Below are positions 54,665 to 64,000 of a stretch of DNA of 64,000 bases, one piece after another. Every line of letters starts with the position of its first letter. Positions within the stretch are counted from its first letter, which is position 1. Position numbers and translations under genes: made by a program. The stretch is from contig JBAZYN010000002.1 in assembly GCA_041659325.1 (NCBI GenBank), positions 64,513-128,512 of the forward strand. Direction: 5' to 3'. The stretch is from Candidatus Shapirobacteria bacterium (GTDB taxonomy: Bacteria; Patescibacteriota; Microgenomatia; UBA12405). The notes beneath the pieces are model-generated. The model saw nothing but the letters and a program-made list of their open reading frames with translations. It did not search any database and was not told where the DNA came from.

Positions 54665-55348
54665 GTGAAAATCTATTGGAGAAAATAGTGATTTTATGGG
54701 TTTATAGCTTTTGCGGTGGATGGGGCAGATGCCTAATTTCTGCAAAGAAGAAAAATGAGCGGCGGTGCCATAACCTTTGTTTTGACCAAAACCATAACCG
54801 GGGTAACTTTGATCGTATTGGTCCATTTTTTGGTCGCGGACAACTTTGGCACAGATTGAGGCGGCGGCGACAGAAAAGCAGGAAGAGTCGGCTTTGACAA
54901 TTGATTTAATCCCTCTCCGCTCGTTAAACTCGGGGTTTCTCCCTTTGACAAGGGAGAGGTTGTTGAATTGATAATTTCCGTCGACCAGACAGAAATCGAA
55001 TTGGCCGCGAAAATGGTCAAGGATGTACAAAATTAAACCTTTGATGGTAGGAGCGATTCCCCTTTCGTCGATTTTTGAAGATGAAGCGGAAACAACCTGA
55101 AAGGTGAAATTGTTTTGTTGAAAATATGAAAATATTTTTTGTCTATTTTTATTGGTAACTTTTTTGGAATCACGGACACCGAGCTTGATAAATTCATCTG
55201 GGTTGAACTTTTCAAGATCCAGGAGAAAGGCGCCAATAGTGACAGGACCAGCCCAAGGACCACGGCCAACTTCGTCAATACCTAAAAGATAGCGGACCCC
55301 GGAAGGGAGGAGTGAGCGCTCGTAACTAAAATCCGGATTAACGACCAT
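54653..55348 (-). CDS. rnhB: ribonuclease HII
   Basis: GIDEVGRGPWAGPV active-site motif. Confidence 0.85.
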   Translation of the reverse strand: MVVNPDFSYERSLLPSGVRYLLGIDEVGRGPWAGPVTIGAFLLDLEKFNPDEFIKLGVRDSKKVTNKNRQKIFSYFQQNNFTFQVVSASSSKIDERGIAPTIKGLILYILDHFRGQFDFCLVDGNYQFNNLSLVKGRNPEFNERRGIKSIVKADSSCFSVAAASICAKVVRDQKMDQYDQSYPGYGFGQNKGYGTAAHFSSLQKLGICPIHRKSYKPIKSLFSPIDFHLPP

Positions 55349-55357
55349 TAGGATAGT

Positions 55358-56410
55358 TTAGCGGGTAATGACTCCCCGATTGTTATTTTCGAAGGTAACG
55401 GAATTGGTGACCTGAACAAAACGGGCTTTTTGATGGAGTTCGTCGATATTGAAGGCGCCACTATAACTAAGACCGGAACGAACCCCCTTGTCAATTTGGC
55501 CAAGAATGGCAGCCACGGGGCCACGGTATTCAACACAGCCCTCGATACCCTCGACAAAGTCGACATAGTCGGCTGATTTTTCGGCAGGATTTTTTCCCAT
55601 TTGGCGGATTTTTTCGGCACGGGAGGTGGAACCGTTGTATTCCTTGTATTTTTTGCCGTCGGAGTCGATAACAGAACCAGGGCATTCGTCGGTACCGGCT
55701 AAAAGCTTACCGGCAGTAACGGCATTGGCACCAGCCGCCAGGGCCTTAACGATATCTCCGGAGTTTTTTATACCACCATCGGCAATTATGGGCCTACCAA
55801 ATTCACGACCGGCCCGAGCGGCCTCCAAAACGGCGGTAATTTGGGGCATACCAGAACCGGTAGCAATACGGGTGGTGCAGATCGACCCGGTACCTATACC
55901 GACTCTGACCGAGTCGGCGCCGGCGATAAAAAGATCTTTGGCCCCTTCGTAAGTAGCGATAGCGCCGGCGATAATTTCCAGATCCGGATACTTTGATTTG
56001 ACAGTTTGGATAAATTCAAGGCATGATTCCTGGTGGGCATGAGCAACATCAATGGTGATAACTTTGGCACCAACAGAAACAAGAGCGGATACCCTATCTA
56101 GCTCTCCGGGCTTGATACCAACCGCAGGGATAACGATAAAACCAGCATCAATAATTTGTTTTATTTCCTTTGATTGAATTTCCGGCGGAGCGAAGCGGGG
56201 ATAAAAACTAGTACCACCAAACTCGGCCATGGCGAGAGCCATATTGACTCCGGTAATACAATCCATATTAATAGAGATAACCGGAAAGTTAATTTCTATT
56301 TTGGGGGTGAGGTGAGTTTTTAGGGACACCTGACTGCGGGATTTGACGGCAGATCTTTGGGGGGTCAACAAGACATCGGCAAAGGTTAAAGCTTGAGGTA
56401 TTTTTTGCAC
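55358..56410 (-). CDS. IMP dehydrogenase / GMP reductase family protein (no CBS pair)
   Basis: [11 protein letters not shown] catalytic-Cys loop, 350 aa TIM barrel. Confidence 0.8.
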   Translation of the reverse strand: MQKIPQALTFADVLLTPQRSAVKSRSQVSLKTHLTPKIEINFPVISINMDCITGVNMALAMAEFGGTSFYPRFAPPEIQSKEIKQIIDAGFIVIPAVGIKPGELDRVSALVSVGAKVITIDVAHAHQESCLEFIQTVKSKYPDLEIIAGAIATYEGAKDLFIAGADSVRVGIGTGSICTTRIATGSGMPQITAVLEAARAGREFGRPIIADGGIKNSGDIVKALAAGANAVTAGKLLAGTDECPGSVIDSDGKKYKEYNGSTSRAEKIRQMGKNPAEKSADYVDFVEGIEGCVEYRGPVAAILGQIDKGVRSGLSYSGAFNIDELHQKARFVQVTNSVTFENNNRGVITR

Positions 56411-56456
56411 GCCAGGTAAGAGTGTAACATATAGGTCTACCTGTTAGAATAAGACT

Positions 56457-58382
56457 GTGAAAACGCATAGCGGAGTGAGATGGAATCTTGATGATATATT
56501 GCCAAGAGACAAGTTTGATGAGCTTGAGAGGGAAATCGAAGAAGCACTAAAGAAAATCGACGAGTATGTGGCGGAATTGTCAAACGGGATGAGCTTGGAA
56601 AAATTTCGGGAAATAACGGAATATTGCGAGACCCTCAGCCAAAAATTATCCAGATTGATAACTTTGCCGGAGCTGATTGAGTCAACCGATCAAAAGGACC
56701 GAAAGGCTAAAATATTAAAAAGCAGAGCTAATAATATCTCCCTAAAATACACGGATAGGGTAAGGAAAATTTATCATTGGGTAAAAGGGTTTAACGGCGG
56801 ACTGGATGAAGTAAACGCCCAAAGGCTGTTTGCCGGGGTACCTGATTTGAAATATGTTTTGGATTATTCAAGAAAAGCGGCAAAACATAGTTTGTCTGAG
56901 AAGGAAGAAAGCATTGTTGACAACAAGGATGTGAGCGGTGTTGAAGCGCTGGCGGATCTGCGAACGATAATAGAGACGGAGTTTAAATACAGTCTAAAAG
57001 TCTTAAAGTCGAAAAGTCTTAAAGTCGAAAAGCCATGCCTGCCCACCCCGGCGGGTAAACCGGCAGGCAGGTCTGATAGTCTTTTGCCTGAGGCGGATCA
57101 GCCGATGGTTGAGAAAGTTATAGAAACACAGGCGGAGCTGACGGCTTTGTTCCACTCGCCAAAAGCAGAGTTAAGAGAGGCGGCATACCGGGCACTTTTA
57201 GAGAAACATGAAGAAAATCTGGATAAATTTTTTTTGATTTATCAGGCAGTGGCGAAAGACTGGGATTACGAGGCAAAAATCAGGGGATATGCCTCCCCGC
57301 TTTCGATGAGAAATTTTGGCAACCAAGTTAGTGACAAATCGGTTGAGGTGCTGCTGAGAGTGGTGGCAAAAAACAAAGGGGTTTTTAAAAACTATTTTGA
57401 GTATAAGGCCAAAAAACTTGGGGTTAAAAAATTAAGCAGGTTTGATTTGTATGCACCCATCAGTAAAAAGTCTGAAAGCCATGCCTGCCGGCAGGCAGGT
57501 CTGAAAGTCTTAAAGTCTAAAAGTCTTAAAGTAATAAGTTTTGAGGAAGCGGAGAAAATGGTCTTGGGGGCGTTTGAGGAGTTTAGCCCAAGATTTGCTG
57601 ATTTTGGAAGAAAAATTATTGAAGAAAATCATATTGATTCGCACCCGAGAGTGGGAAAAAGAAGCGGAGCTTTTTGTGCTAACGTCGGACCGGCGGTTAC
57701 TCCGTATGTAATGCTGAACCATACCGGAAGATTTAGAGATGTGACGACTTTGGCACACGAATTGGGCCATGGAATTCACAGCCTTTATGCCAACTCCCAC
57801 TATCCGTCTAGCCAACACGCCGGATTGACATTGGCAGAGACAGCGTCGACTTTTGGAGAGATGATTTTGTTTGAAAAAATGTTTAAAGAAACTAAGGGTA
57901 AGCAAGAGAAAGAGGAGATGTTGGTTGAAAAAATAGCGGATTCTTATGCAACTATAATGAGGCAGTCATATTTTATTGATTTTGAAATAAAGGCACACGA
58001 GACAGTTCAGGAAGGGATAAGTGCCGACGAATTGTCGAAGCTCTGGCTGAGTACCTTAGAGGATCAATTTGGCGAAAGTGTTTTTGTGGACAAAGTTTTT
58101 GGAAGTGAGTGGTCCTATATCCCCCATATCGTCGAAACTCCCTTTTATTGCTACGCATATAGCTTCGGAGAGCTTTTGTCGTACTCACTTTTTTCAAGAT
58201 ATAAAAAAGAGGGAAAAAGTTTTGTGCCAAAAATAGAAAAAATATTGACAGCCGGCGGGTCGGAGGATCCGGGATTGATTTTGAAAAATGTCGGGATTGA
58301 TATCGAGTCGGAGCAGTTTTGGCAGGAAGGGTTTGAACTTATAAAAGAGTGGAGTAGCCGATTAAGTGATAATGACTTCTGA
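56457..58382 (+). CDS. pepF: oligoendopeptidase F (M3 family) carrying two in-frame repeat-element insertions
   Basis: HELGHGIH zinc motif; approximately 50 extra aa encoded by repeat elements at 56991-57076 and 57466-57538. Confidence 0.85.
   Translation: MKTHSGVRWNLDDILPRDKFDELEREIEEALKKIDEYVAELSNGMSLEKFREITEYCETLSQKLSRLITLPELIESTDQKDRKAKILKSRANNISLKYTDRVRKIYHWVKGFNGGLDEVNAQRLFAGVPDLKYVLDYSRKAAKHSLSEKEESIVDNKDVSGVEALADLRTIIETEFKYSLKVLKSKSLKVEKPCLPTPAGKPAGRSDSLLPEADQPMVEKVIETQAELTALFHSPKAELREAAYRALLEKHEENLDKFFLIYQAVAKDWDYEAKIRGYASPLSMRNFGNQVSDKSVEVLLRVVAKNKGVFKNYFEYKAKKLGVKKLSRFDLYAPISKKSESHACRQAGLKVLKSKSLKVISFEEAEKMVLGAFEEFSPRFADFGRKIIEENHIDSHPRVGKRSGAFCANVGPAVTPYVMLNHTGRFRDVTTLAHELGHGIHSLYANSHYPSSQHAGLTLAETASTFGEMILFEKMFKETKGKQEKEEMLVEKIADSYATIMRQSYFIDFEIKAHETVQEGISADELSKLWLSTLEDQFGESVFVDKVFGSEWSYIPHIVETPFYCYAYSFGELLSYSLFSRYKKEGKSFVPKIEKILTAGGSEDPGLILKNVGIDIESEQFWQEGFELIKEWSSRLSDNDF
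56991..57076 (+). repeat. composite repeat element: (AAAGTCTT/AAAGTCG)n 8-nt tandem plus GC-rich palindrome CCATGCCTGCC...GGCAGGCAGGTCTG
   Basis: Related copies at 57466-57538, 62491-62515 (palindrome) and 10563-10581 (tandem only). Confidence 0.75.
57466..57538 (+). repeat. composite repeat element, second copy in pepF (palindrome then tandem)
   Basis: ATGCCTGCCGGCAGGCAGGTCTG followed by AAAGTCTTAAAGTCTAAAAGTCTTAAAGT. Confidence 0.75.
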
Positions 58383-59556
58383 TAATTTTTCGCCGACAAG
58401 AGATCAGGTGCGGGCGATTGAAGTAATATTGGAGTGGTGGAGAAAAAAGGGGGCGGATTTTGTAACTCTGGGCGGATATGCGGGAACAGGGAAAACTACA
58501 CTGGTGGCTGAAATCAGAAACAGGATAAGGAAAGAAAGACCCAACGAAAAAGTGGCATTTTGTGCTTTTACCGGAAAGGCGGCGATGGTATTGAGACAAA
58601 AACTAGCCGAGCACATCACACAGCTTAAAGGTGACAGCGTGGGCACTATCCACTCGCTGATATACTGCCCTATAATTGACGAAAAAAGAGGGATTATTGG
58701 GTGGACGAAAAGAGAAAAACTGGAAACTGATTTGATAGTGGTGGATGAGGCAAGCATGGTAAATGAAAAAATCTGGGAGGATTTAAAATCATATCGATTA
58801 CCGATTTTGGCTGTGGGAGATCATGGACAATTGCCGCCAATTGAGGGACATTTTAACCTGATGGACAGACCTATTTTGAAACTCCAACAAATACATAGAC
58901 AAGCGGAAAATAATCCGATTATTAAGTTATCGATGATGGCGAGATTGGAGGGGAAAATTCCGACCAAAATCTATAGCCCCAAAGTAAAGAAAATGGACAG
59001 GTATCGAAGCGATACCGGCTACCTAATTGAAGAAGAGCTTGATAACTATAATGATGAGCTGATGGTCCTGGTGGGATACAACCAAAGCCGGATTAAGCTA
59101 AACAAAGCCATTAGGGAGAAAAAGATGTTTGAAAGCCAGGATCCGCAAGCAGGAGACAAAGTAATATGTTTGAGAAATAACTGGCAGAAAAATATTTTTA
59201 ACGGGATGACAGGAAAGATAAAATCCATAAAGCCAAAGTATGATAATAAGGGTCAAAAAAAATGGTACCAGGCGGAAATTGTAATGGAGGATGAGAGCGT
59301 ATTTGAAGGATTGATTGCGGCAGACCAATTCGATAATCCGGTTTCCAGAAACTATGAGGGGAAACCGATCGAGGAGGAAGTTGATTTGTTTGACTTTGGC
59401 TACGCGCTGACGGTGCACAAAGCCCAAGGCGGATCGGCAAAAAAAGTGCTTTTATTCGAGGAAAGATTTGCCAAAATGGATGACGAAGAATGGAGGAGAT
59501 GGTTGTATACGGGGGTGACCAGGGCAGAAGAGGAGTTAACGATTGTTGGGGTCTGA
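58366..59556 (+). CDS. RecD-like ATP-dependent DNA helicase
   Basis: Walker A GYAGTGKTT, VVDEASM Walker B, C-terminal GYALTVHKAQG. Confidence 0.75.
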   Translation: MIMTSDNFSPTRDQVRAIEVILEWWRKKGADFVTLGGYAGTGKTTLVAEIRNRIRKERPNEKVAFCAFTGKAAMVLRQKLAEHITQLKGDSVGTIHSLIYCPIIDEKRGIIGWTKREKLETDLIVVDEASMVNEKIWEDLKSYRLPILAVGDHGQLPPIEGHFNLMDRPILKLQQIHRQAENNPIIKLSMMARLEGKIPTKIYSPKVKKMDRYRSDTGYLIEEELDNYNDELMVLVGYNQSRIKLNKAIREKKMFESQDPQAGDKVICLRNNWQKNIFNGMTGKIKSIKPKYDNKGQKKWYQAEIVMEDESVFEGLIAADQFDNPVSRNYEGKPIEEEVDLFDFGYALTVHKAQGGSAKKVLLFEERFAKMDDEEWRRWLYTGVTRAEEELTIVGV

Positions 59557-59823
59557 TATAACAAATTACGAATATCGCCTATTTTTCGTGAGGATAAGGA
59601 AGGATGGGAGTTAGGGTAATAGGACGAGGAACAGAAGGGTTGGTGCCAAACGAGTGAGCGGAAAATGGGAGGAGGTTGGAGCGGCCAAAATGACACCGTC
59701 GGTTTCAGATTGGGCTGATAATAATTGATTAAATTGATCGAGAAATTCGACTGTGTCTACCCACGATTTTGATATTGGCCAACAAATGGATTTGTTCGAT
59801 ACACAGATTCTCTTTGGCCGGAT

Positions 59824-60813
59824 CTAGGGAACAAGCCGGGAGACAATAAAATAGATTAAACCAGAGAGAAGAGCGGATGCCGGCATGGTTAGAAACCAAG
59901 CAATAACAATTTTTCGAGCCATAGTCCAGTGAACGGCAGTTTTCCGACGGGCAGCACCAACACCCATAATAGCGCCGGAAACTGCCTGAGTGGTAGAGAC
60001 CGGAAAGCCAATCAGGGCGGTCGAGAACAAAACCAGGGTGCTAGCTGCCTCGGAACAAAAACCCTGATAGGGTTTGAGCTTGGTAATGCCTTTGGACATA
60101 GTTTTGACAATTTTCCAACCACCGAAGAGGGTTCCCAGTGACAATAGACCATAGCAGGCAAGCATAACCCAAAGCGGAACAGAAAAACTACTGATTAGTC
60201 CGGCGTTAAATAATAAAATTGTGACAATCCCCATCGCTTTTTGGCCATCATTGGCGCCATGGCTAACCGAAGTAGTAAAGGAGGATATGAGCTGAAGTGA
60301 ACGAAATATACGATTGGCCTTTTTGGGGTGAGTAGAAACAAAAATCCGAGAGACCAGACGGATTAAAAGAAAAGCCACTATGAACGTTATCACCGGCGAA
60401 CCTATCATAGGAACCAAAACCTTATCGAGAATCGAGTTGAACTTAACGCCGGCGGAGCCGGCAGATACTAAACCAGCTCCGATCAGGGATCCAACCAAAA
60501 CATGGGACTCCGAAATCGGGAGAGCAAAAAACCAGGTAGAAATGTCCCAAAGGAGACCTCCCAAAAGAACAGAAAAAAGAAATTTGTCGTTTATCAGATT
60601 CGGATCAACAATACCGCGGCCAATCGTTTGAGCAACAGCAGTTCCGAACAATAGCCCGGTAAAATTACCGACGGCTGAAAAAAGCACCGCCAGACGAGGG
60701 GATAGAACCCGGGTAGCAATTATCGTAGAAATTGAATAGGCGGCGTCAGAAAGACCATTCCAAAAAGCAAAAAAGAAAGCCAAAATAATAGCCAGGACAA
60801 AGAATACAGACAT
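59824..60813 (-). CDS. pitA: inorganic phosphate transporter, PiT family
   Basis: GANDGQKAMG signature, polytopic. Confidence 0.85.
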   Translation of the reverse strand: MSVFFVLAIILAFFFAFWNGLSDAAYSISTIIATRVLSPRLAVLFSAVGNFTGLLFGTAVAQTIGRGIVDPNLINDKFLFSVLLGGLLWDISTWFFALPISESHVLVGSLIGAGLVSAGSAGVKFNSILDKVLVPMIGSPVITFIVAFLLIRLVSRIFVSTHPKKANRIFRSLQLISSFTTSVSHGANDGQKAMGIVTILLFNAGLISSFSVPLWVMLACYGLLSLGTLFGGWKIVKTMSKGITKLKPYQGFCSEAASTLVLFSTALIGFPVSTTQAVSGAIMGVGAARRKTAVHWTMARKIVIAWFLTMPASALLSGLIYFIVSRLVP

Positions 60814-60816
60814 AAT

Positions 60817-61446
60817 TTAAATATTTTTGGTGATGACTTGATGAATAGCCAGGGCGGCATCTTCTGATTTGTCAATAGCTTCTTCTAAAAGGCTATATAT
60901 TTCCCGAAGCTTTATAATGGTTTTCAGATCGTTTTCCCGAAGAAAAAGATCGGCCGAAACCCGGTCGTAAAGTTGGTCACCGGTATTTTCGAGACGGTGA
61001 ATTTCAATACAACATTGATCGATTTCCGATCCGGCCATCTTACGAATTCGAAAAGCAGCTTTTTTAATTTGGCTTAGCTGACAAACAAGTATATGGACAA
61101 ATTTTCCTATTTCGGGTGGGATTTCGGTGATGCGGTAAAGGTAGAGGCGATTGACGACCGAATACATTCTATCCAGAATATCATCAAACACTGAAAACAG
61201 AGTAGTCAAATCCTCCTGATCAATGGGAGTAATAAAGGTTTGATTAAGCTTCTGGTAAAAGCGATGGACAATCTGATCCCCGTGATGCTCTATCTTTTTC
61301 ATCTGTTTTAGAGATAAGCCTACGTCGCAGTAATCGGTGGTTAATTTTTGCAAGCAATCAGCCCCAACGACGACATTGTCCACCTGTTCTTCAAGATAGG
61401 TGAAAAATATTTTTTCTTTTGGGAGGAGCCAGTCCTTTAGATTCAT
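60817..61446 (-). CDS. PhoU-like phosphate transport regulator (DUF47/TIGR00153)
   Basis: Helical approximately 209-aa protein immediately upstream of pitA in the same orientation. Confidence 0.7.
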   Translation of the reverse strand: MNLKDWLLPKEKIFFTYLEEQVDNVVVGADCLQKLTTDYCDVGLSLKQMKKIEHHGDQIVHRFYQKLNQTFITPIDQEDLTTLFSVFDDILDRMYSVVNRLYLYRITEIPPEIGKFVHILVCQLSQIKKAAFRIRKMAGSEIDQCCIEIHRLENTGDQLYDRVSADLFLRENDLKTIIKLREIYSLLEEAIDKSEDAALAIHQVITKNI

Positions 61447-61601
61447 AAAAATTTAACCTTTAGAAAGTTTTAGCAATTGTAGCATGAAGGTATCTGGCTA
61501 TTTTGGACGAGTAAATTAAGAAAAAACTTTTCGGCCTGATTGATAAATTATATTTGTAGAATAATTTGATAGTCAAAAATATTCCGGGAAAAGTACTTAG
61601 A

Positions 61602-62387
61602 CTAAAAGATGGGTAGATAGATTTCGAAAAACTGTTTTTTGTGGTCGGAATTAACATGACGATAGATTTCGAAATCGGGAATATTTTTATTGACTTTTAT
61701 TTTATTAAGACGGCAATATTTTTCGAGCTCTTTCCAAAAAAGCGACAGTAACTCACCGGCTCCATTGTGAGTGAAGGTAATAACTTTACCGGGGTTAAAC
61801 TTCGTAGATCTGACGACATTTTTGAAGCTTGGATTGACAGACATTCCCGGAGCAGCTAAAACGGCAATTTTAATTAAGGACTTTTTGGGCTGATAGGTGG
61901 GATCGTCAAAAATGGCGAGGGTAGTGAAAATTTTACCTTTTTTACTAAACATTCCAGATAATTCCTGACAATATTTGCCGATGTTTACATAGGGACCAGT
62001 TTTCTCTATGTAATAAACATTAAAAGGTTGGAGATTTTTTATCTCCGGTTTGATCAGGGTATTGTTTAGAGCAAGATTGGCCATAAATTTTTCCAGATTC
62101 TTTAGATTGAATTGAAGATTGTTGATTTGATTTTTGATTGAGTCTTTTTTTTCTTCAAAAAGATTTTTTAGATTATTTTTGTGACTAATTTCCCGCAGAC
62201 TAACGCCTAGGGTAGTTAACAACAACACCATTTGGTACTCCAACACCTGAGATTCGGAATAGTAACGATAACCTTCGGTGGAAACTCTAACGGGTTTAAT
62301 TATACCTAAGTGGTCATACCAGAGGATGGTTCTTTTGGTGGTGCCGGCCAGTTTGGCAAGCTGGCCGGCGGTAATGAGAGTATTCAT
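61602..62387 (-). CDS. MerR-family transcriptional regulator with GyrI-like effector domain
   Basis: N-terminal HTH (QLAKLAGTTKRTILWYDHLGII) and coiled-coil; C-terminal approximately 150-aa domain. Confidence 0.7.
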   Translation of the reverse strand: MNTLITAGQLAKLAGTTKRTILWYDHLGIIKPVRVSTEGYRYYSESQVLEYQMVLLLTTLGVSLREISHKNNLKNLFEEKKDSIKNQINNLQFNLKNLEKFMANLALNNTLIKPEIKNLQPFNVYYIEKTGPYVNIGKYCQELSGMFSKKGKIFTTLAIFDDPTYQPKKSLIKIAVLAAPGMSVNPSFKNVVRSTKFNPGKVITFTHNGAGELLSLFWKELEKYCRLNKIKVNKNIPDFEIYRHVNSDHKKQFFEIYLPIF

Positions 62388-62457
62388 AGATTACCTATTG
62401 ACTATGACGTTACGTAATAGGCTATTATAACCTATATTAAATTTAATTGTCAAATAA

Positions 62458-64000
62458 ATGAATACAAAATCCCTCTCGGCTACGCCGTTTCTCCCTGCCT
62501 GCCGGCAGGCATGGCCTTTGAGGAAAGGGAGACTTGAACAAAGATATATAACAATAAAAGGAGCGAGAGAGAATAACTTAAAAAATATAGATTTGGCCAT
62601 ACCGAGAAATAAAATTGTGTGTTTTGTGGGGGTATCGGGGTCGGGCAAATCGACGATTGCTTTTGATATCATTGCCCGAGAAGGGCAAAGGCAATATTTT
62701 GAGAGTTTGAGCAGTTTGGCGAGAAGATATCTTTCAAAAAGCAACCGGCCACAGGTAGACGAAATAAAAGGGATATCGCCGACGATTATTATTAGCCAGG
62801 ACAGAGTGTATCCCAGTCCGCGATCGACGGTGGGGACGGTGACAGAGGCCTATACCTACTTAAGATTGTTGTATTCGAGAGTCGGTCAACCTAGTTTTGA
62901 TTCGTCGTATTTCTCGTTTAATCATCCGTTGGGCGCCTGTCCAAGATGCAAGGGTTTAGGAAGGGCGATGGAGATTGATATCAATAGGCTAGTAGATGAG
63001 AATAAAAGCTTGAATGAGGGGGCGATATTGTATAGCAATTGGCGGGTGGGAAGTATGTGGTGGAAAATTATTAGGGCGACAAATTATTTTGAGATGGATA
63101 AAAAAGTAAAGGATTATACGACCCAAGAAAGGGAAAAGCTTCTCTATGCCAAAAAGCAGGTGGTGATTGATAAAAGCGGGATGGATAATGTGATTAATTG
63201 GACGTTTAAGGGAGTGGTGACTCACCTCTTGGGGAGGGGAACAAGTGTTTATCGAAAAGCAAATAGTGAAGAAGTTAAATATTTTAGATATGTTGACTGC
63301 CCGGAATGCCAGGGGTGGAGATTAAGAAAAGAATCCTTGGCAGTAAAGATAAACGGCTTAAATATTGGCGAAGTGGCGAATATGCCGATAAGCGAAGCAG
63401 TCAATTTTATTGAAAAAATTGATCATAGAAACGCAACGGTGATAAAACCGAGGTTGATAGAGCAACTTAGGTATTTGACAGACGCGGGAATTGGTTATCT
63501 GTCGCTTAACCGACAGACAAATACGTTGTCGGGAGGCGAAGCGCAGAGAGTTAAGCTAGCACGACAACTTGGAAGTGATTTGATCGAAACAATATATGTG
63601 TTAGACGAACCAACGGCGGGACTACACCCGAGAGATTTGGAAATGGTGGTGAAAAATTTGAGAAGATTAAGAGATGGTGGTAACACAGTAGTGGTGGTAG
63701 AACACGATAAAACAATTATCGAGGCGGCTGATTATATGGTGGAAGTAGGGCCAGGGGGAGGCAAGATGGGAGGAAAAATTGTGTTTGCAGGAACAAAAGA
63801 TGAGTTTTTGAGAAGTGAAACATTAACGGCACAATACTTAAACCCACCCCCAACCCCTCCCTTGATAAAGGAGGGGCGTAAACCAATAAATTATTTAAAA
63901 ATTGTTAATGCCAAAAGAAATAATTTAAAAAATATTAATGTTGACATACCACTGCGGATGATGGTGGGGTTGACGGGAGTATCGGGGGCAGGGAAAAGCT
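62458..64000 (+). CDS. uvrA: excinuclease ABC subunit A (5' partial, runs off the window) with a repeat-encoded N-terminal extension
   Basis: ITIKGARENNLKNIDLAIPRNKIVCFVGVSGSGKST matches the UvrA N-terminus; the first approximately 22 codons span the palindrome at 62491-62515. Confidence 0.85.
   Translation, partial: MNTKSLSATPFLPACRQAWPLRKGRLEQRYITIKGARENNLKNIDLAIPRNKIVCFVGVSGSGKSTIAFDIIAREGQRQYFESLSSLARRYLSKSNRPQVDEIKGISPTIIISQDRVYPSPRSTVGTVTEAYTYLRLLYSRVGQPSFDSSYFSFNHPLGACPRCKGLGRAMEIDINRLVDENKSLNEGAILYSNWRVGSMWWKIIRATNYFEMDKKVKDYTTQEREKLLYAKKQVVIDKSGMDNVINWTFKGVVTHLLGRGTSVYRKANSEEVKYFRYVDCPECQGWRLRKESLAVKINGLNIGEVANMPISEAVNFIEKIDHRNATVIKPRLIEQLRYLTDAGIGYLSLNRQTNTLSGGEAQRVKLARQLGSDLIETIYVLDEPTAGLHPRDLEMVVKNLRRLRDGGNTVVVVEHDKTIIEAADYMVEVGPGGGKMGGKIVFAGTKDEFLRSETLTAQYLNPPPTPPLIKEGRKPINYLKIVNAKRNNLKNINVDIPLRMMVGLTGVSGAGKS
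62491..62515 (+). repeat. GC-rich palindrome CTCCCTGCCTGCCGGCAGGCATGG inside the uvrA 5' coding region
   Basis: Same core (GCCTGCCGGCAGGC) as the pepF inserts. Confidence 0.7.

Noticed and set aside
62391-62744. 117-aa minus-strand ORF
   Set aside because: It is antisense to the well-supported uvrA 5' region and contains the palindrome (GHACRQAG). It is an artefact.
1-64000. Transposase, integrase or insertion sequence
   Set aside because: No ORF with DDE, tyrosine- or serine-recombinase motifs was recognised, and no terminal inverted repeats typical of insertion sequences were seen. The only mobile-looking sequences are the short repeat families described above.

Overview
This 64-kb window is low-GC bacterial DNA. 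Gene density is high, many promoters are leaderless (TATAAT abutting the start codon), and gene overlaps are short. Together these suggest a small-genome lineage such as Patescibacteria (CPR), but that is inference only.

Recognisable genes:
- four tRNAs: Arg, Ser(CGA), Arg(CCG), Ser(GGA)
- dgkA-like kinase, QueH-like protein, HD hydrolase, ClpB, NUDIX hydrolases, aldo-keto reductase
- a copper homeostasis locus: CopY/BlaI repressor with two palindromic operators, BlaR1-like protein, an HMA-CcdA-cupredoxin fusion, CopZ, and a CopA carrying a ~275-aa C-terminal extension
- guanylate kinase, PurD-like ATP-grasp, RNase HII, IMPDH/GMP-reductase, oligoendopeptidase F, RecD-like helicase, PitA plus PhoU-like partner, a MerR regulator, and the 5' part of uvrA

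Observations that are not standard annotation:
1. About eight copies of a bipartite intergenic repeat (box A AAAATAGGTTCTAACTGCGT, variable spacer, box B ATGGTTCGCCGC) between 14.2 and 38 kb. They sit 0-50 nt after stop codons and divide the region into modules of unrelated genes. This looks like an integron-like or otherwise recombination-delimited cassette array, with no integrase in the window.
2. One of these modules is a tightly overlapping nine-gene operon: methyltransferase, 3 NUDIX, GT1, HprK-like P-loop kinase, NDK-like protein, GT2 fusion and HAD-like protein. It suggests an uncharacterised nucleotide or sugar-nucleotide pathway.
3. GC-rich palindromes (CCTGCCGGCAGG) with 8-nt tandem repeats (AAAGTCTT) are inserted in frame into pepF twice and into the uvrA N-terminus, reminiscent of Rickettsia palindromic elements.
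4. Two GC-rich islands (2.4-7.9 kb and 12.0-14.2 kb) encode only glycine-rich or HD-like hypothetical proteins, near tRNA-Ser genes. Each tRNA-Ser is followed by a conserved hairpin repeat showing compensatory substitutions.
5. A 5'-truncated NACHT-like/HEAT-repeat gene overlaps an AlbA_2 (Schlafen-like) gene.
6. An orphan CopA C-terminus fragment lies downstream of the extended copA.
7. An alpha/beta hydrolase gene is interrupted by an in-frame TAA.
8. Two adjacent ORFs (27232 and 27497) appear to be one gene split by a frameshift.
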